Below, piece by piece: positions 30,006 through 39,775 of a stretch of DNA of 64,000 nt (position 1 is the first letter of the stretch; every line of letters starts with the position of its first letter). The position numbers were made by a program, and so were the translations under genes. This DNA is from an uncultured delta proteobacterium. Its GTDB lineage: Bacteria; Desulfobacterota; Desulfomonilia; UBA1062. The notes under the pieces were generated by a model that did not search any database, was not told the DNA's origin, and saw nothing but the letters and a program-made list of their open reading frames with translations. The stretch spans positions 12,341 to 76,340 of the forward strand of contig CAVVYZ010000024.1 in the NCBI GenBank assembly GCA_963752595.1, in the 5' to 3' direction.

Positions 30006-30208
30006 ACGTGTTCGCCCATGCGCGTGAGCAGGGCCCTGGTCTCGTAACGGGTGATATTCTGGGCCTCGTCAATGATGACGATGGCATCGTCGATATTCAT
30101 TCCCTTGATAAAAATAAGGACTTTGTTCTCCTGCCTGTTCCTGAACACTTCCAGACAATCCGGATTTTCAATTAGGGCATTCGTGTCGAGGATATAAACC
30201 TTCTGCAT
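30005..30208 (-). pseudogene. PIN-PhoH (PhoH2) relic with large internal deletion and 3' truncation
   Basis: PIN start KVYILDTNALIENP...ENKVLI fused in frame to the PhoH Walker B region FIKGMNIDDAIVIIDEAQNITRYETRALLTRMGE. Confidence 0.8.
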
Positions 30209-30391
30209 CGTTCTCTTGGTGCGTTAACCTGCTTTTTTCAACGAGGCCACTGTACACCAGGCGAACCGCCCCTATTGCAAGGTACAATTGAAGGGCTTTT
30301 TACCTGCCCGGCCCATGGAGGGGGCGGCCTCTTTCATCGGCTCTCCCGGACGATTCGAGGGTGAATCTGGCCACACATCAACATGCAAAGT

Positions 30392-31177
30392 TTACGGCTG
30401 ATCGGGGAATTCTTTCTTTGCAGAATTCCAGATCGCGTCCATCTCTTCGAGGCTCATGTCTTCGAGCAGGACACCCTTTTTTTTCGCTTCATCCTCAATC
30501 TTTGAAAATCGCTTTCGGAATTTCCGGTTCGTCTTTCTCAGGGCCGCCTCGGGGTCGACCCCGGTATATCTCGCCAGGTTCACGATGCTGAAGAGCAGGT
30601 CACCGATCTCGCTCTCGATCTCTTTTCCATCCTGCTTCTGAATTGCCTCATGAAGTTCTTCCGCCTCTTCCCTTACCTTATCGAGCACCCCTTCCGGGTC
30701 CTTCCAGTCAAACCCCACCCGGGATGCCGCGGATTGTATCTTGCGGGCATAGAGCAGACCGGGCAGAGCCTCCGGGATGCCGTCCAGGATGGATTTCCTT
30801 TCCGACTTGCCTTCTTCTTTTTTCTTCAGGCGGTCCCAGTTCCTGATAACCTCTCTGGAGTCTGAAACGTCCTCATCCCCGAAAACGTGAGGGTGGCGAT
30901 AGATGAGCTTGTCCGCCAGGTCGTTGATGACATCCTTGATGGTGAACTCACCCAGGTCCTTTCCAATGATACTGTGAAAGACCACCTGGAGCAACAGATC
31001 GCCGAGTTCCTCGCGGAGGTGGCCCACGTCACCTTCATCGATGGCATCCACAAGCTCGTATGCCTCTTCTATTGCGCATCGGGAGATGCTTTTATGGTTC
31101 TGCTCCGCATCCCAGGGGCAACCTCCCGGGGCCCTGAGCTTCTCGAATATCTCCACCAGCCGGTCGAATTCTTCCAT
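30392..31177 (-). CDS. mazG: Nucleoside triphosphate pyrophosphohydrolase
   Basis: LRAPGGCPWDAEQ, EEAYELVDAI, EELGDLLLQVVFH, RHPHVFG, EIGDLLF; start at MEEFDRL. Confidence 0.95.
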   Translation of the reverse strand: MEEFDRLVEIFEKLRAPGGCPWDAEQNHKSISRCAIEEAYELVDAIDEGDVGHLREELGDLLLQVVFHSIIGKDLGEFTIKDVINDLADKLIYRHPHVFGDEDVSDSREVIRNWDRLKKKEEGKSERKSILDGIPEALPGLLYARKIQSAASRVGFDWKDPEGVLDKVREEAEELHEAIQKQDGKEIESEIGDLLFSIVNLARYTGVDPEAALRKTNRKFRKRFSKIEDEAKKKGVLLEDMSLEEMDAIWNSAKKEFPDQP

Positions 31178-31545
31178 AGTTCTTATCCTCTCTGTACCGC
31201 TTAAGCGTTGGTCCTTAAGTGAAAGCCGCTCCTGCATAACGTGATGCAGGATAAAAAGTGATACATCCTCCCGCAGGAATTGCAAGAATCATATCCCAGA
31301 CCTTGCCCCAAGGACAAGGGAAGACAGAAGTAAATTCTTTTTGAGAATAGTATTTATCCCTTGAAAAACATGTAATGATATGGCGATATACTTAATCCAA
31401 GGATGCGTTTGCAAATTGCCACCTCTGCATATGCAAAGGGCTCTTTGGTATTTCCCTTTGCCCTCACACGGAACGGCGTATAAGAAGCTGCAGTGATTCC
31501 TGGTTTGCATGCACACCCTAATTCAGATAAGGCAGGTGTATCAGT

Positions 31546-32049
31546 ATGAGGGAAATGTATTACTTTTTTACCCAACATCCCTTTTTCACCGGGTTTCTTA
31601 TCGGGATCATGGTGGCATTCGTTATGTGGGTAAGGGGTCTTCTGAAGCTGAGAAGCCTTCGAAAGGAAATAGAGAATCTCAAGGAGAGCCTTTATACCAA
31701 GCTTACGATCGAGGCCAAAGGCCATATGACCAGGGAAAATGAGCTGGAGGAACTGAAAAGACAGAACGAAAATTTGAGGGTCACGGTCCAATCGCTGCAG
31801 CAGAAGCCCGGCCGTGCAGAGATCCGTCAGCTCCATGTATATGACAAGGCCGTCCATGCCATGCTCGCCAGGGCGCCGGGATTTGCACCTACCTGGGAAA
31901 TGGTCATCCATGAAGCAGAAGACGAGGTCCGGCAGACGGAAACCGGCATCAGTGCTTTTTTCCGAAGGGTATTCATCCCCCAGGGGCCGATGCCGAAAGA
32001 AGGAAGCAGTACCAAGCTCATTGATCACGAAGAAAAGAAAGAAGAGTAG
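31546..32049 (+). CDS. Hypothetical membrane-anchored coiled-coil protein
   Basis: N-terminal TM (FFTGFLIGIMVAFVMW) followed by a heptad-rich helix. Confidence 0.7.
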   Translation: MREMYYFFTQHPFFTGFLIGIMVAFVMWVRGLLKLRSLRKEIENLKESLYTKLTIEAKGHMTRENELEELKRQNENLRVTVQSLQQKPGRAEIRQLHVYDKAVHAMLARAPGFAPTWEMVIHEAEDEVRQTETGISAFFRRVFIPQGPMPKEGSSTKLIDHEEKKEE

Positions 32050-32050
32050 C

Positions 32051-33502
32051 TTAAAGCTCTATGGCCGGGCACTCCGGGCGTTCCATGCAGACCGAGGGGG
32101 CATGCCTTTCTATCACCCGCATGGATTTCCATTTTCCCCCGCGGAACCGTGTGAAAAAAGACAAACCCAGGATGATCCCGTACAGCGATGCGATGGCCCA
32201 CCCTACGTAAATCCCGCCTCCCAGCAGGACGATCCCGATATAGCTGGGGATCACGAGAACGAAGAAAGAGACGGCTACGATCATATACATGACGAAACGC
32301 GTGTCTCCGGCCCCCTTCAATGCCGAGGCAAAGATGATGTTGAGGGTGTCGAACAGGGAATAAACTGCTACGAATCTCAGCAGGATGGTGGTAAGGCCCC
32401 GGATATCCTCGAACGCCCCCTGGTCCGCCCTGGCGGCAAACGGCTCGATGAACAGTCCGGGAACGGCCACGTACAGGACTGAAATGGAAGCCATGTACAG
32501 AAAAGTCATGATGAAACCCGAGTATACACTCCTCTGGGCAAGGTCGGGCCTATCCTTTCCGAGATATTGCCCGACGAGCACCGAGATGGCGATGCCCACC
32601 CCGATCATGGGCATGAAAGCAATTGTATTGATATTGAAAGCGATATTTGTCGCAGCCAGACTTACCGTGCCGAGCCTGCCCATGATCATGATAAAAGCGG
32701 TGAAGCCGGCCATGTCCAGAAAGAACTGGATGCCCGAAGGCACCCCGAACCGTATGAGCCGCAAGAAAAGTTCCTTATCAGGCCTCCACCCGATGAGGGT
32801 ATGAAACGCATGGGAGTACGATGGCCGGACAACGATCACGGCATATGCGAAAAAGTTATAAAACCCGGCTATTATCGTGGCGATGGCAGCTCCTTTGATG
32901 CCCATTTCCGGTATGCCCATGAATCCGAATATCAGAAGATAATCAAAGACTATATTGATTGCCGTCATGGTAATATTGACCCACATGACGATCCAGGTCT
33001 TTCCCATCCCGGAAAAGAAACTGGACAGGGCTGCAGAAGCGATCACCGGTGCAGAGCCTATGCAGAGATACTGGAAATAGATAATCTCATTCTCCCGGAC
33101 AGCTGGAGGATGACCGATCCATTCGAACATAGGTCTTGCCAGGGGAATAATGGACAAGATCACGATGCCGCCGATCATTGCCACATAGAGGCCTTGCCAG
33201 AGAGCCGGACCTATGCGGCTGAGCCTGTTCGCGCCGTAATACTGGGCCACAAAGGTGCCTACATAACTGGCGGTTCCTATGAAAAGGCTCATGACCGTGA
33301 AATTCAGGATACCCGAGGGGGATGCGGCGGCAATGGTTTCAGGAGAATACCAGGCGAGGAACATGCGGTCCACAAATTGCTGCAACGACCAGGACCCCGT
33401 GCTCAGAACTAGGGGGAGAGCCAGCTTGAGCACCTCGCGAAATCCCCCGGGTTTGTCCCACTGTTCCCGAAGCACGTGCCGATTATCTCTTTTCATGTTC
33501 AT
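32051..33502 (-). CDS. MATE-family efflux transporter
   Basis: EVLKLALPLVLS...QQFVDRMFL, AQYYGA, MGIKGAAIAT, ALKGAGDT. Confidence 0.93.
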   Translation of the reverse strand: MNMKRDNRHVLREQWDKPGGFREVLKLALPLVLSTGSWSLQQFVDRMFLAWYSPETIAAASPSGILNFTVMSLFIGTASYVGTFVAQYYGANRLSRIGPALWQGLYVAMIGGIVILSIIPLARPMFEWIGHPPAVRENEIIYFQYLCIGSAPVIASAALSSFFSGMGKTWIVMWVNITMTAINIVFDYLLIFGFMGIPEMGIKGAAIATIIAGFYNFFAYAVIVVRPSYSHAFHTLIGWRPDKELFLRLIRFGVPSGIQFFLDMAGFTAFIMIMGRLGTVSLAATNIAFNINTIAFMPMIGVGIAISVLVGQYLGKDRPDLAQRSVYSGFIMTFLYMASISVLYVAVPGLFIEPFAARADQGAFEDIRGLTTILLRFVAVYSLFDTLNIIFASALKGAGDTRFVMYMIVAVSFFVLVIPSYIGIVLLGGGIYVGWAIASLYGIILGLSFFTRFRGGKWKSMRVIERHAPSVCMERPECPAIEL

Positions 33503-33746
33503 ATCACCCGGGAGTCCGGTATCTTGCAACTATCCCCACTCAAGCTTGAGAGCCATGCAGGGCATTTTCACCTCTGATCTAGATATTATATAAGGCTTGG
33601 GAAAAAACTCAGCAAGAAGCCTTATTCTCACCGGAACAGGAATGCTCGAACCTTTTTCCAGGTGTTTACATCAAATAAATAAAGATGACAAACAGGTAAG
33701 GAAATGATAGTTGCCTTTGTCAAAAGCACCGTGAGCGGAGGAAATC

Positions 33747-33980
33747 ATGGCTATTGAGCGCGAACAAGTGGAAAAAGCATTGGAAAAGACTCGTTCCGTC
33801 CTGCGCGGAGACGGCGGGGACGTGGAGTTCGTGGATGTCACGGGTGACGGCGTTGTCCAGGTACGTCTGAAGGGCGCCTGCGGAGGATGCCCCATGGCCA
33901 CCATGACCCTGAAATCCCTGATCGAGCGCGTACTGAAAAAGGAACTCCCTGATATCAAATCCGTACAGCAAGTACTCTAG
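33747..33980 (+). CDS. NifU/NfuA C-terminal-domain Fe-S scaffold
   Basis: DGGDVEFV, VRLKGACGGCPMATMTLK. Confidence 0.93.
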   Translation: MAIEREQVEKALEKTRSVLRGDGGDVEFVDVTGDGVVQVRLKGACGGCPMATMTLKSLIERVLKKELPDIKSVQQVL

Positions 33981-34005
33981 GATACGCGTTGGTCACGCGA
34001 GACTC

Positions 34006-34036
34006 ATGAGGCCGGATGGAATATTTCCGGCCTCAT
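34006..34036 (+). terminator. Stem-loop after the nifU-like gene
   Basis: ATGAGGCCGGA-N9-TCCGGCCTCAT. Confidence 0.55.
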
Positions 34037-34067
34037 TCAATCCTGCCTGCGAGATGAATCGAAACCC

Positions 34068-35072
34068 GTGGTAATCAAGGAATTTCCCTCTCTTAAGAGT
34101 ATTCATGCCCTTGTCCTCCCCTTAACCGGCTTCGGCGATCTCCTCACCTCGAATATGTTCGTTCTGGGCACAGGACCGGTCACGCTCATCGATACCGGGC
34201 CGAAGTTCCAGGGTGCGTTCGAATCCGTTCATTCCAGGCTCAATAAGGCAGGGTTTGATTTTCCCGATGTGGAGCGCATCATCATCACGCACGGCCACAT
34301 CGATCATTTCGGCATGACTTCGCAGATAATCCGGGCTGCAGGCCATCCCGTGCCGTGCTATCTCCACAAGGACGACATCTGGCGTACCTTGAGCGGCTAT
34401 ATCAGGAAAGGGTTCTGGAGCGAAGAATCCTCGGCATTCACCCGGATGGCGGGCATGCCGGAAGCGGCCATCGTCCGCATGGAGCGGCGCTCTGCTTTCT
34501 TCAAGCATTTCTGCGACCCTCTGGAAGATGTCATCCCCTTGCAGGATGGCGATATCTTTACCGGAAACGGCTTTCTCCTGAAGACCGTCCACACCCCCGG
34601 ACATTCGCCCGGAAGCTGCTGTCTGTATGAGGAGAAAGAAAAGGTCCTCTTTACCGGCGATCACATCATCAAGCACATCACGCCGAACCCCATTACGGAG
34701 ATTCACAAGTCGTACTTAAGCGACCCTTCATACAAGAGCCTCCTGGCGTATGAAAATTCGCTGCGCAAGATCGAGGGGCTCGACGTACGGTTTGCATTCT
34801 CCGGCCACGGCGAGTACATCGACGATCTCAAAGCACTCCTTTCCCGCTACCGGGACCATCATGAGAAGCGCAAACTCCAGATCCTCGAATCCCTTACGGA
34901 CAGAGCCCGGCCTATCTACGACCTCGTGGAAGACCTCTTCCCGGATGTGCCGGAAAACGAGATCTTCCTTGCAGTCTCGGAGATCTTCTCGCACATCGAG
35001 GTGCTCATAGCAGAAGGCAGGGCGGTACTCGATCTCCACGGCCCTCCTGCCCTTTTCCGGGCGGTTTCATGA
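34068..35072 (+). CDS. MBL-fold metallo-hydrolase with C-terminal winged helix
   Basis: LIDTG, THGHIDHFG, HTPGHSPG, FTGDH, SGHG. Confidence 0.9.
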   Translation: MVIKEFPSLKSIHALVLPLTGFGDLLTSNMFVLGTGPVTLIDTGPKFQGAFESVHSRLNKAGFDFPDVERIIITHGHIDHFGMTSQIIRAAGHPVPCYLHKDDIWRTLSGYIRKGFWSEESSAFTRMAGMPEAAIVRMERRSAFFKHFCDPLEDVIPLQDGDIFTGNGFLLKTVHTPGHSPGSCCLYEEKEKVLFTGDHIIKHITPNPITEIHKSYLSDPSYKSLLAYENSLRKIEGLDVRFAFSGHGEYIDDLKALLSRYRDHHEKRKLQILESLTDRARPIYDLVEDLFPDVPENEIFLAVSEIFSHIEVLIAEGRAVLDLHGPPALFRAVS

Positions 35073-35255
35073 AGCCCCGGCTTACTTTCAGGATCCGGCA
35101 CCGCTCGTCATACATGTCCTTTCAAAATCACTATCGATATAGTAGGATTAAAATGGCTAAGATTTCAGAGCTTGATGAAGAATCCCGTAAAGGATCGGTG
35201 AGCATCTGCATGGAATATTTGATTATTGCAAATCGGGCATGTACTGAGGCAGGCC

Positions 35256-35864
35256 TTGTATAAGATACCTGCCCAGAATTTTCCCATCATCGAAGAGTGG
35301 ATCGCACCGGGCAGCCGCGTCCTCGACCTCGGGTGCGGAGACGGATCGCTCCTGAGCACGCTGATCACCAAGAAACAGGTGGACGGGATCGGCGTCGAGA
35401 TAGCTCACGACATGGTCTTACAGTGTATCCAGAAAGGGATCTGCGTCTACCAGGCGGATATCGACAAAGACCTCTCGGAATGGGCCGACTCAAGCTTCGA
35501 CTACGTGATCCTCAATTCAACTCTCCAGGTCATCACCAGGCCCTATAATGTCATCAGCGAGATGCTCAGGGTAGGAAGCTTTGCCATCATCTCCATCTCG
35601 AATTTCGGCTATATCCGAAACCGCGTCCGTGTCCTTTCCCAGGGCAGGGTGAGCTCGCGGATCAGGCTTTCGGAGAGCTGGCATGATACCCCGGTGCTGC
35701 GCTTCGTATCCCTGAAGGAGTTCAGGTCTTCCCTCCAGGAGATCGGGGTCGAGATCATAGATGCCAGATACTTTTTCCCCATGAACATGATGAGCCGCAC
35801 CCCTGGACCGGCATACAACCTCCTGGCCAAGGAAGGTATCTTCAAGCTGAGGCGTATACAATGA
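35256..35864 (+). CDS. metW: Methionine biosynthesis protein MetW (SAM-binding fold)
   Basis: PGSRVLDLGCGDGSLL, SFDYVILNSTLQ, EMLRVG, WHDTP; adjacent to metX; TTG start inferred. Confidence 0.88.
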   Translation: MYKIPAQNFPIIEEWIAPGSRVLDLGCGDGSLLSTLITKKQVDGIGVEIAHDMVLQCIQKGICVYQADIDKDLSEWADSSFDYVILNSTLQVITRPYNVISEMLRVGSFAIISISNFGYIRNRVRVLSQGRVSSRIRLSESWHDTPVLRFVSLKEFRSSLQEIGVEIIDARYFFPMNMMSRTPGPAYNLLAKEGIFKLRRIQ

Positions 35865-37000
35865 GCGGGCTTTCAATCGCCCAAACGCAGATCCTCTCCG
35901 TTGGCCGGCCGTTCAGGTTCGAATCCGGGGACGTACTCCCGGGGATCGAGATCGCCTATGAAACCTACGGACACCTCAACGAGCGGAAAGACAACGCGAT
36001 CCTCATCGAGCACGCCCTCTCCGGCGACGCCCATGCGGCATTCTATCATGAGGGTGACAATAAGCCGGGCTGGTGGGACTGCATGATCGGCCCCGGCAAG
36101 GCCTTTGACACGGACCGGTACTTCGTCATCTGCTCCAACATCTTAGGCGGGTGCAAAGGTACGACAGGCCCTGCATCCATTAACCCGGAAACAGGCAAAC
36201 CCTTCGGGCTGACCTTCCCTCCGATCTCCATCAGAGACATGGTGGAGGCACAGAGGATCCTGCTCAGCCATTTCGGGATCGAGAAGCTTAAATGCATAGC
36301 AGGCGGCTCCATGGGCGGGATGCAGACCATGCAGTTCTTCTGCGATTATCCTTCCCAGTTCGAGTCCTTCATCTGCATCGCATCCGCGATGAAGCATTCC
36401 GCGCAGCAGATCGCCTTCAACGAGGTGGGCAGGCGTGCGGTGATGGCAGACCCGAGATGGAACGACGGCAAATATTACAACGACATTCCCCCCGAGGGCG
36501 GCCTGTCGGTTGCCCGTATGATCGGGCACATTACCTATATCTCGGAAAAGATGATGCAGGAAAAATTCGGGAGGCTGAGAAAAGACAGGGATTCACGGGC
36601 CATCTTCAGGCCGTCTTTCGAGGTGGAGCACTACCTCGATTACCAGGGGATCTCCTTTGTCAAAAGGTTCGATGCCAACAGTTACCTCTACATCACCAAT
36701 GCCATCGACAACTTCGATCTCATGGCTTCCATCAGCTCCAAGGAGCGTTTCCGGGGACAGGGAAGGGAGCGGGGGATGAATATCGGCGAGCTTCGCTCCA
36801 AAAAGGGACTCGTGATCTCGTTTACTTCCGACTGGCTCTATCCTTCTTCCCAGTCACGGGATATCGTCCGGCTCTTCACGGCACTGAACGTCCAGGTTTC
36901 CTATACAGATATCACGACCGAGCACGGCCACGATGCCTTCCTGACAGACTACGAGAAACCCTCGGAGATCATCCGGGGCTTCCTCGCATCGCCCGGGTGA
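35861..37000 (+). CDS. metX: Homoserine O-acyltransferase MetX
   Basis: AYETYG, HALSGDAH, NILGGCKGTTGP, GGSMGG nucleophile, RFDANSYL, HGHDAFL. Confidence 0.95.
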   Translation: MSGLSIAQTQILSVGRPFRFESGDVLPGIEIAYETYGHLNERKDNAILIEHALSGDAHAAFYHEGDNKPGWWDCMIGPGKAFDTDRYFVICSNILGGCKGTTGPASINPETGKPFGLTFPPISIRDMVEAQRILLSHFGIEKLKCIAGGSMGGMQTMQFFCDYPSQFESFICIASAMKHSAQQIAFNEVGRRAVMADPRWNDGKYYNDIPPEGGLSVARMIGHITYISEKMMQEKFGRLRKDRDSRAIFRPSFEVEHYLDYQGISFVKRFDANSYLYITNAIDNFDLMASISSKERFRGQGRERGMNIGELRSKKGLVISFTSDWLYPSSQSRDIVRLFTALNVQVSYTDITTEHGHDAFLTDYEKPSEIIRGFLASPG

Positions 37001-37018
37001 CAGGTCTTCGATCGGGGA

Positions 37019-37864
37019 TCAGGTTGTGAGGGTTATGTTGTCGATGAGACGGGTCTTGCCGACCCTGACTGCAAGGGCCATGACCACCCTGCCTTCGATG
37101 ATATCGACAGGCTTGAGAAAGTCCGGGTCCACGATCTCCACATAGTCGATCACGCAACCGGGCGTCTTTGCAATCATTCCTTTCGCCTCGGATATGATCA
37201 CAGCGGCTATGCGATCGCCCCCTTTCACCCGTTCTCTCGCATGGTTCAGCGACCGGGAAAGCACCAGGGCATTCCGCCTTTCTTCGGGACTTAAATACTT
37301 GTTCCGGGAACTCATGGCCAGGCCGTCTTCCTCCCTCACGGTCGGATGGGCGAGGATCTTTACATTCATGTTCAGATCTGCCGCCATGCGCCTGATGACT
37401 GCCAGCTGCTGGTAATCCTTCTCGCCGAAGACGGCGATATCCGGATCGATAATATTGAAGAGCTTGGCAACGACTGTGGTCACGCCCCGGAAATGCCCGG
37501 GTCGTGCTGCACCGCAGAGGCCTTCGGTGATTCCCTCCACGTTCACGTAGGTGGCGTACCCGTGCGGGTACATCTCAGGAGCACCGGGATTGAATATGTA
37601 CTCTACTCCGACCGCCTCCGCCATCTTCGCGTCCCTGGGAAGGTCGCGGGGATATTTGTCGAGGTCTTCTCCTGCGCCGAACTGGGTCGGGTTCACGAAG
37701 ATGCTGATGATGAGGTGGTCCGCCAGGGGTTTTCCTTCCCGCATGAGATCGAGGTGGCCCTCATGCAGGTACCCCATGGTGGGCACCAGGCAGATGCTTT
37801 CGCCCTTGTTCCTGATGGACTTCACCACTGCCTTCATGGTCGGGATGTCGTAAATGATCTCCAT
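37019..37864 (-). CDS. panC: Pantoate-beta-alanine ligase
   Basis: VPTMGYLHEGH, SIFVNPTQF, RPGHFRGV, FGEKDYQQ, GLAMSSRN, RLIDN. Confidence 0.97.
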   Translation of the reverse strand: MEIIYDIPTMKAVVKSIRNKGESICLVPTMGYLHEGHLDLMREGKPLADHLIISIFVNPTQFGAGEDLDKYPRDLPRDAKMAEAVGVEYIFNPGAPEMYPHGYATYVNVEGITEGLCGAARPGHFRGVTTVVAKLFNIIDPDIAVFGEKDYQQLAVIRRMAADLNMNVKILAHPTVREEDGLAMSSRNKYLSPEERRNALVLSRSLNHARERVKGGDRIAAVIISEAKGMIAKTPGCVIDYVEIVDPDFLKPVDIIEGRVVMALAVRVGKTRLIDNITLTT

Positions 37865-37869
37865 AGAAC

Positions 37870-38673
37870 CTAGTCCTTGAAGCAGTGCTCTTCGGCAGGG
37901 TACTTCCCTTCCCTAACCTCGGCGGCATATGTGCCGACCGCATCCTTGATGGTATCGAAGAGCTTTGCATACTGTTTGACGAATTTGGGTTTGAAGGCCT
38001 TATCCATGCCGAGAAGGTCCTGGATCACCAGTACCTGTCCATCGCAGTGAGGGCCTGCTCCGATGCCGATGGTAGGGATGTCGAGTATGGAAGTCACTTC
38101 CTGAGCGACTGCTGCAGGGACACATTCCAGGACAAGAGAAAAGGCCCCGGCGTCCTGGAGGGCAAGGGCGTTTTCCTTGAGCATCCTGGCAGCCTCTTCC
38201 CCTCTTCCCTGCACCTTGTAGCCGCCGAAGGCATGAACGGACTGCGGGGTGAGCCCGAGATGGCCCATTACCGGAATATCCGCCCGGACAATGGCCTTGA
38301 CCTGCTCGATCACCCTCTTCCCGCCTTCGAGCTTCACTGCCTGTGCCCCGGCCTCCTGGAGGAATCTCCCGGCGTTCCGGACAGCATCCGCTATCGATGT
38401 CTGGTATGACAGGAAAGGCATATCGCCGATGACAAGCGCACAGGGCTTTACCCTGGTGACGCACAGGGTATGGTAGATCATCTGGTCCATGGTAATGCCG
38501 AGGGTATTGTTAAAGCCGGCCATGACCATGCCGGCGGAATCCCCCACCAGGATGATGTCGACATCGGCCGCGTCGACGATGCGGGTCATGGTCGCATCGT
38601 AAGAGGTGATCATCACGATGCGATGCTTTCCTTTTTTAGCCAGGATGTCCCTGACTGAGATCGCTTGCTTCAT
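37870..38673 (-). CDS. panB: 3-methyl-2-oxobutanoate hydroxymethyltransferase
   Basis: ILVGDS, DMPFLSY, AVKLEGG, GHLGLTPQS, IGIGAGPHCDGQVLV. Confidence 0.97.
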   Translation of the reverse strand: MKQAISVRDILAKKGKHRIVMITSYDATMTRIVDAADVDIILVGDSAGMVMAGFNNTLGITMDQMIYHTLCVTRVKPCALVIGDMPFLSYQTSIADAVRNAGRFLQEAGAQAVKLEGGKRVIEQVKAIVRADIPVMGHLGLTPQSVHAFGGYKVQGRGEEAARMLKENALALQDAGAFSLVLECVPAAVAQEVTSILDIPTIGIGAGPHCDGQVLVIQDLLGMDKAFKPKFVKQYAKLFDTIKDAVGTYAAEVREGKYPAEEHCFKD

Positions 38674-38825
38674 TGTCATCTCCTTATGGGCATAGGTACT
38701 CTTGATCTTTCATTGGTTCAAGGGAAATTTAAGCAGCGATATATCACAACAAAATTGCAGGAGCGCCAACTTTCGCAGGGAAGAAATCCTCTGCCGAAGG
38801 GTCTCCCGCAGCACCATCCGAGGAC

Positions 38826-39512
38826 TTACACGGTCTTCAGCCAGGAGAGGGTTTTGCCGAGGATCTTGGCGTATACCTCCTTCTCGGATACGCCGGAGGG
38901 CTCGGGGACATTGAACGAATGGTCTCCTCCCTCGATGACATCGAGGGTGCTGAATGCATCGGTTCTTGCCAGGACTCCACTGAGCTTATCGAGGTTACAG
39001 AAAGGATCGTCCGAGCCCACGAAAAAGAGCATGGGCACCCTGATGCGGTAAAGGTGGGAATCCCGCAGACTATCGGTCTTACCCACTGCATGGAGGGGAT
39101 ACCCCAGGAAGATGAGGCCTTTTACCTGTATGAGGTTATCCGCCGTCACCTGGGATGCGATTCTCCCCCCGAGGGACTTCCCTGCAGCGATGATCGATGA
39201 GGGCTTGTAGAGGGGATGATTCTTGAGAAATTCATAGGCCTTGACCCAGGTTGCTTCGAGCACGCCCTCGCTGTCAGGGGATTTCTTGTCTTCGTCACGA
39301 TAGAGAAAATTGAACCGCATGCTTAAGTATCCGGACTCCGCCAGGACATTTGCCATGTGGCTGAGCAGGGGATGGAACATGTCGTTCCCCGTGCCATGGG
39401 CCAGGATAACGCCCGGGCTCTTTTCCCGGACGAACCGGTCGGGTACCGAGACAATCCCGGATATCTTTGTATCCCCTTTGAATGGTACGAATACATATTC
39501 TTCAGAAGTCAT
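38826..39512 (-). CDS. Alpha/beta-hydrolase (KANL3/Tex30-like)
   Basis: LAHGTG, RFNFLY, AGKSLGGR, LGYPLH, GSDDPF, GGDHSF triad motifs. Confidence 0.88.
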   Translation of the reverse strand: MTSEEYVFVPFKGDTKISGIVSVPDRFVREKSPGVILAHGTGNDMFHPLLSHMANVLAESGYLSMRFNFLYRDEDKKSPDSEGVLEATWVKAYEFLKNHPLYKPSSIIAAGKSLGGRIASQVTADNLIQVKGLIFLGYPLHAVGKTDSLRDSHLYRIRVPMLFFVGSDDPFCNLDKLSGVLARTDAFSTLDVIEGGDHSFNVPEPSGVSEKEVYAKILGKTLSWLKTV

Positions 39513-39775
39513 GCGATCTCTCCCCTCCTATCTTCATAAAAAGCTATCCGCTCATCCGCTCTAACACTATCCGAATAGATGTACCCTTTTAAAACAAGGT
39601 GCGGCCTGATGTCAAAGTAAAGGTATGGCATTTCGAGCGCGGCTTCAACGGGAGATTGCACAGCGCATCGGATACTTTGCCTTGTTATATCCGGCCCGGC
39701 AGATCAGGAATGAAGTTGACCGGGCAGGCTCAAGGGGCAGGCTCATAGACATCGGAACCGGCCGGCCGTGATCGG

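Noticed and set aside
35073-35263. SAM riboswitch or leader peptide upstream of metW-metX
   Set aside because: No SAM-I core (ATC..GAG...GGCCC...GCAACC) is visible; the 36-aa ORF MAKISEL... has no convincing Met/Cys run.
39721-39743. Direct repeat GGGCAGGCTC x2 downstream of the metB-like gene
   Set aside because: Only two short copies with no further structure or context.
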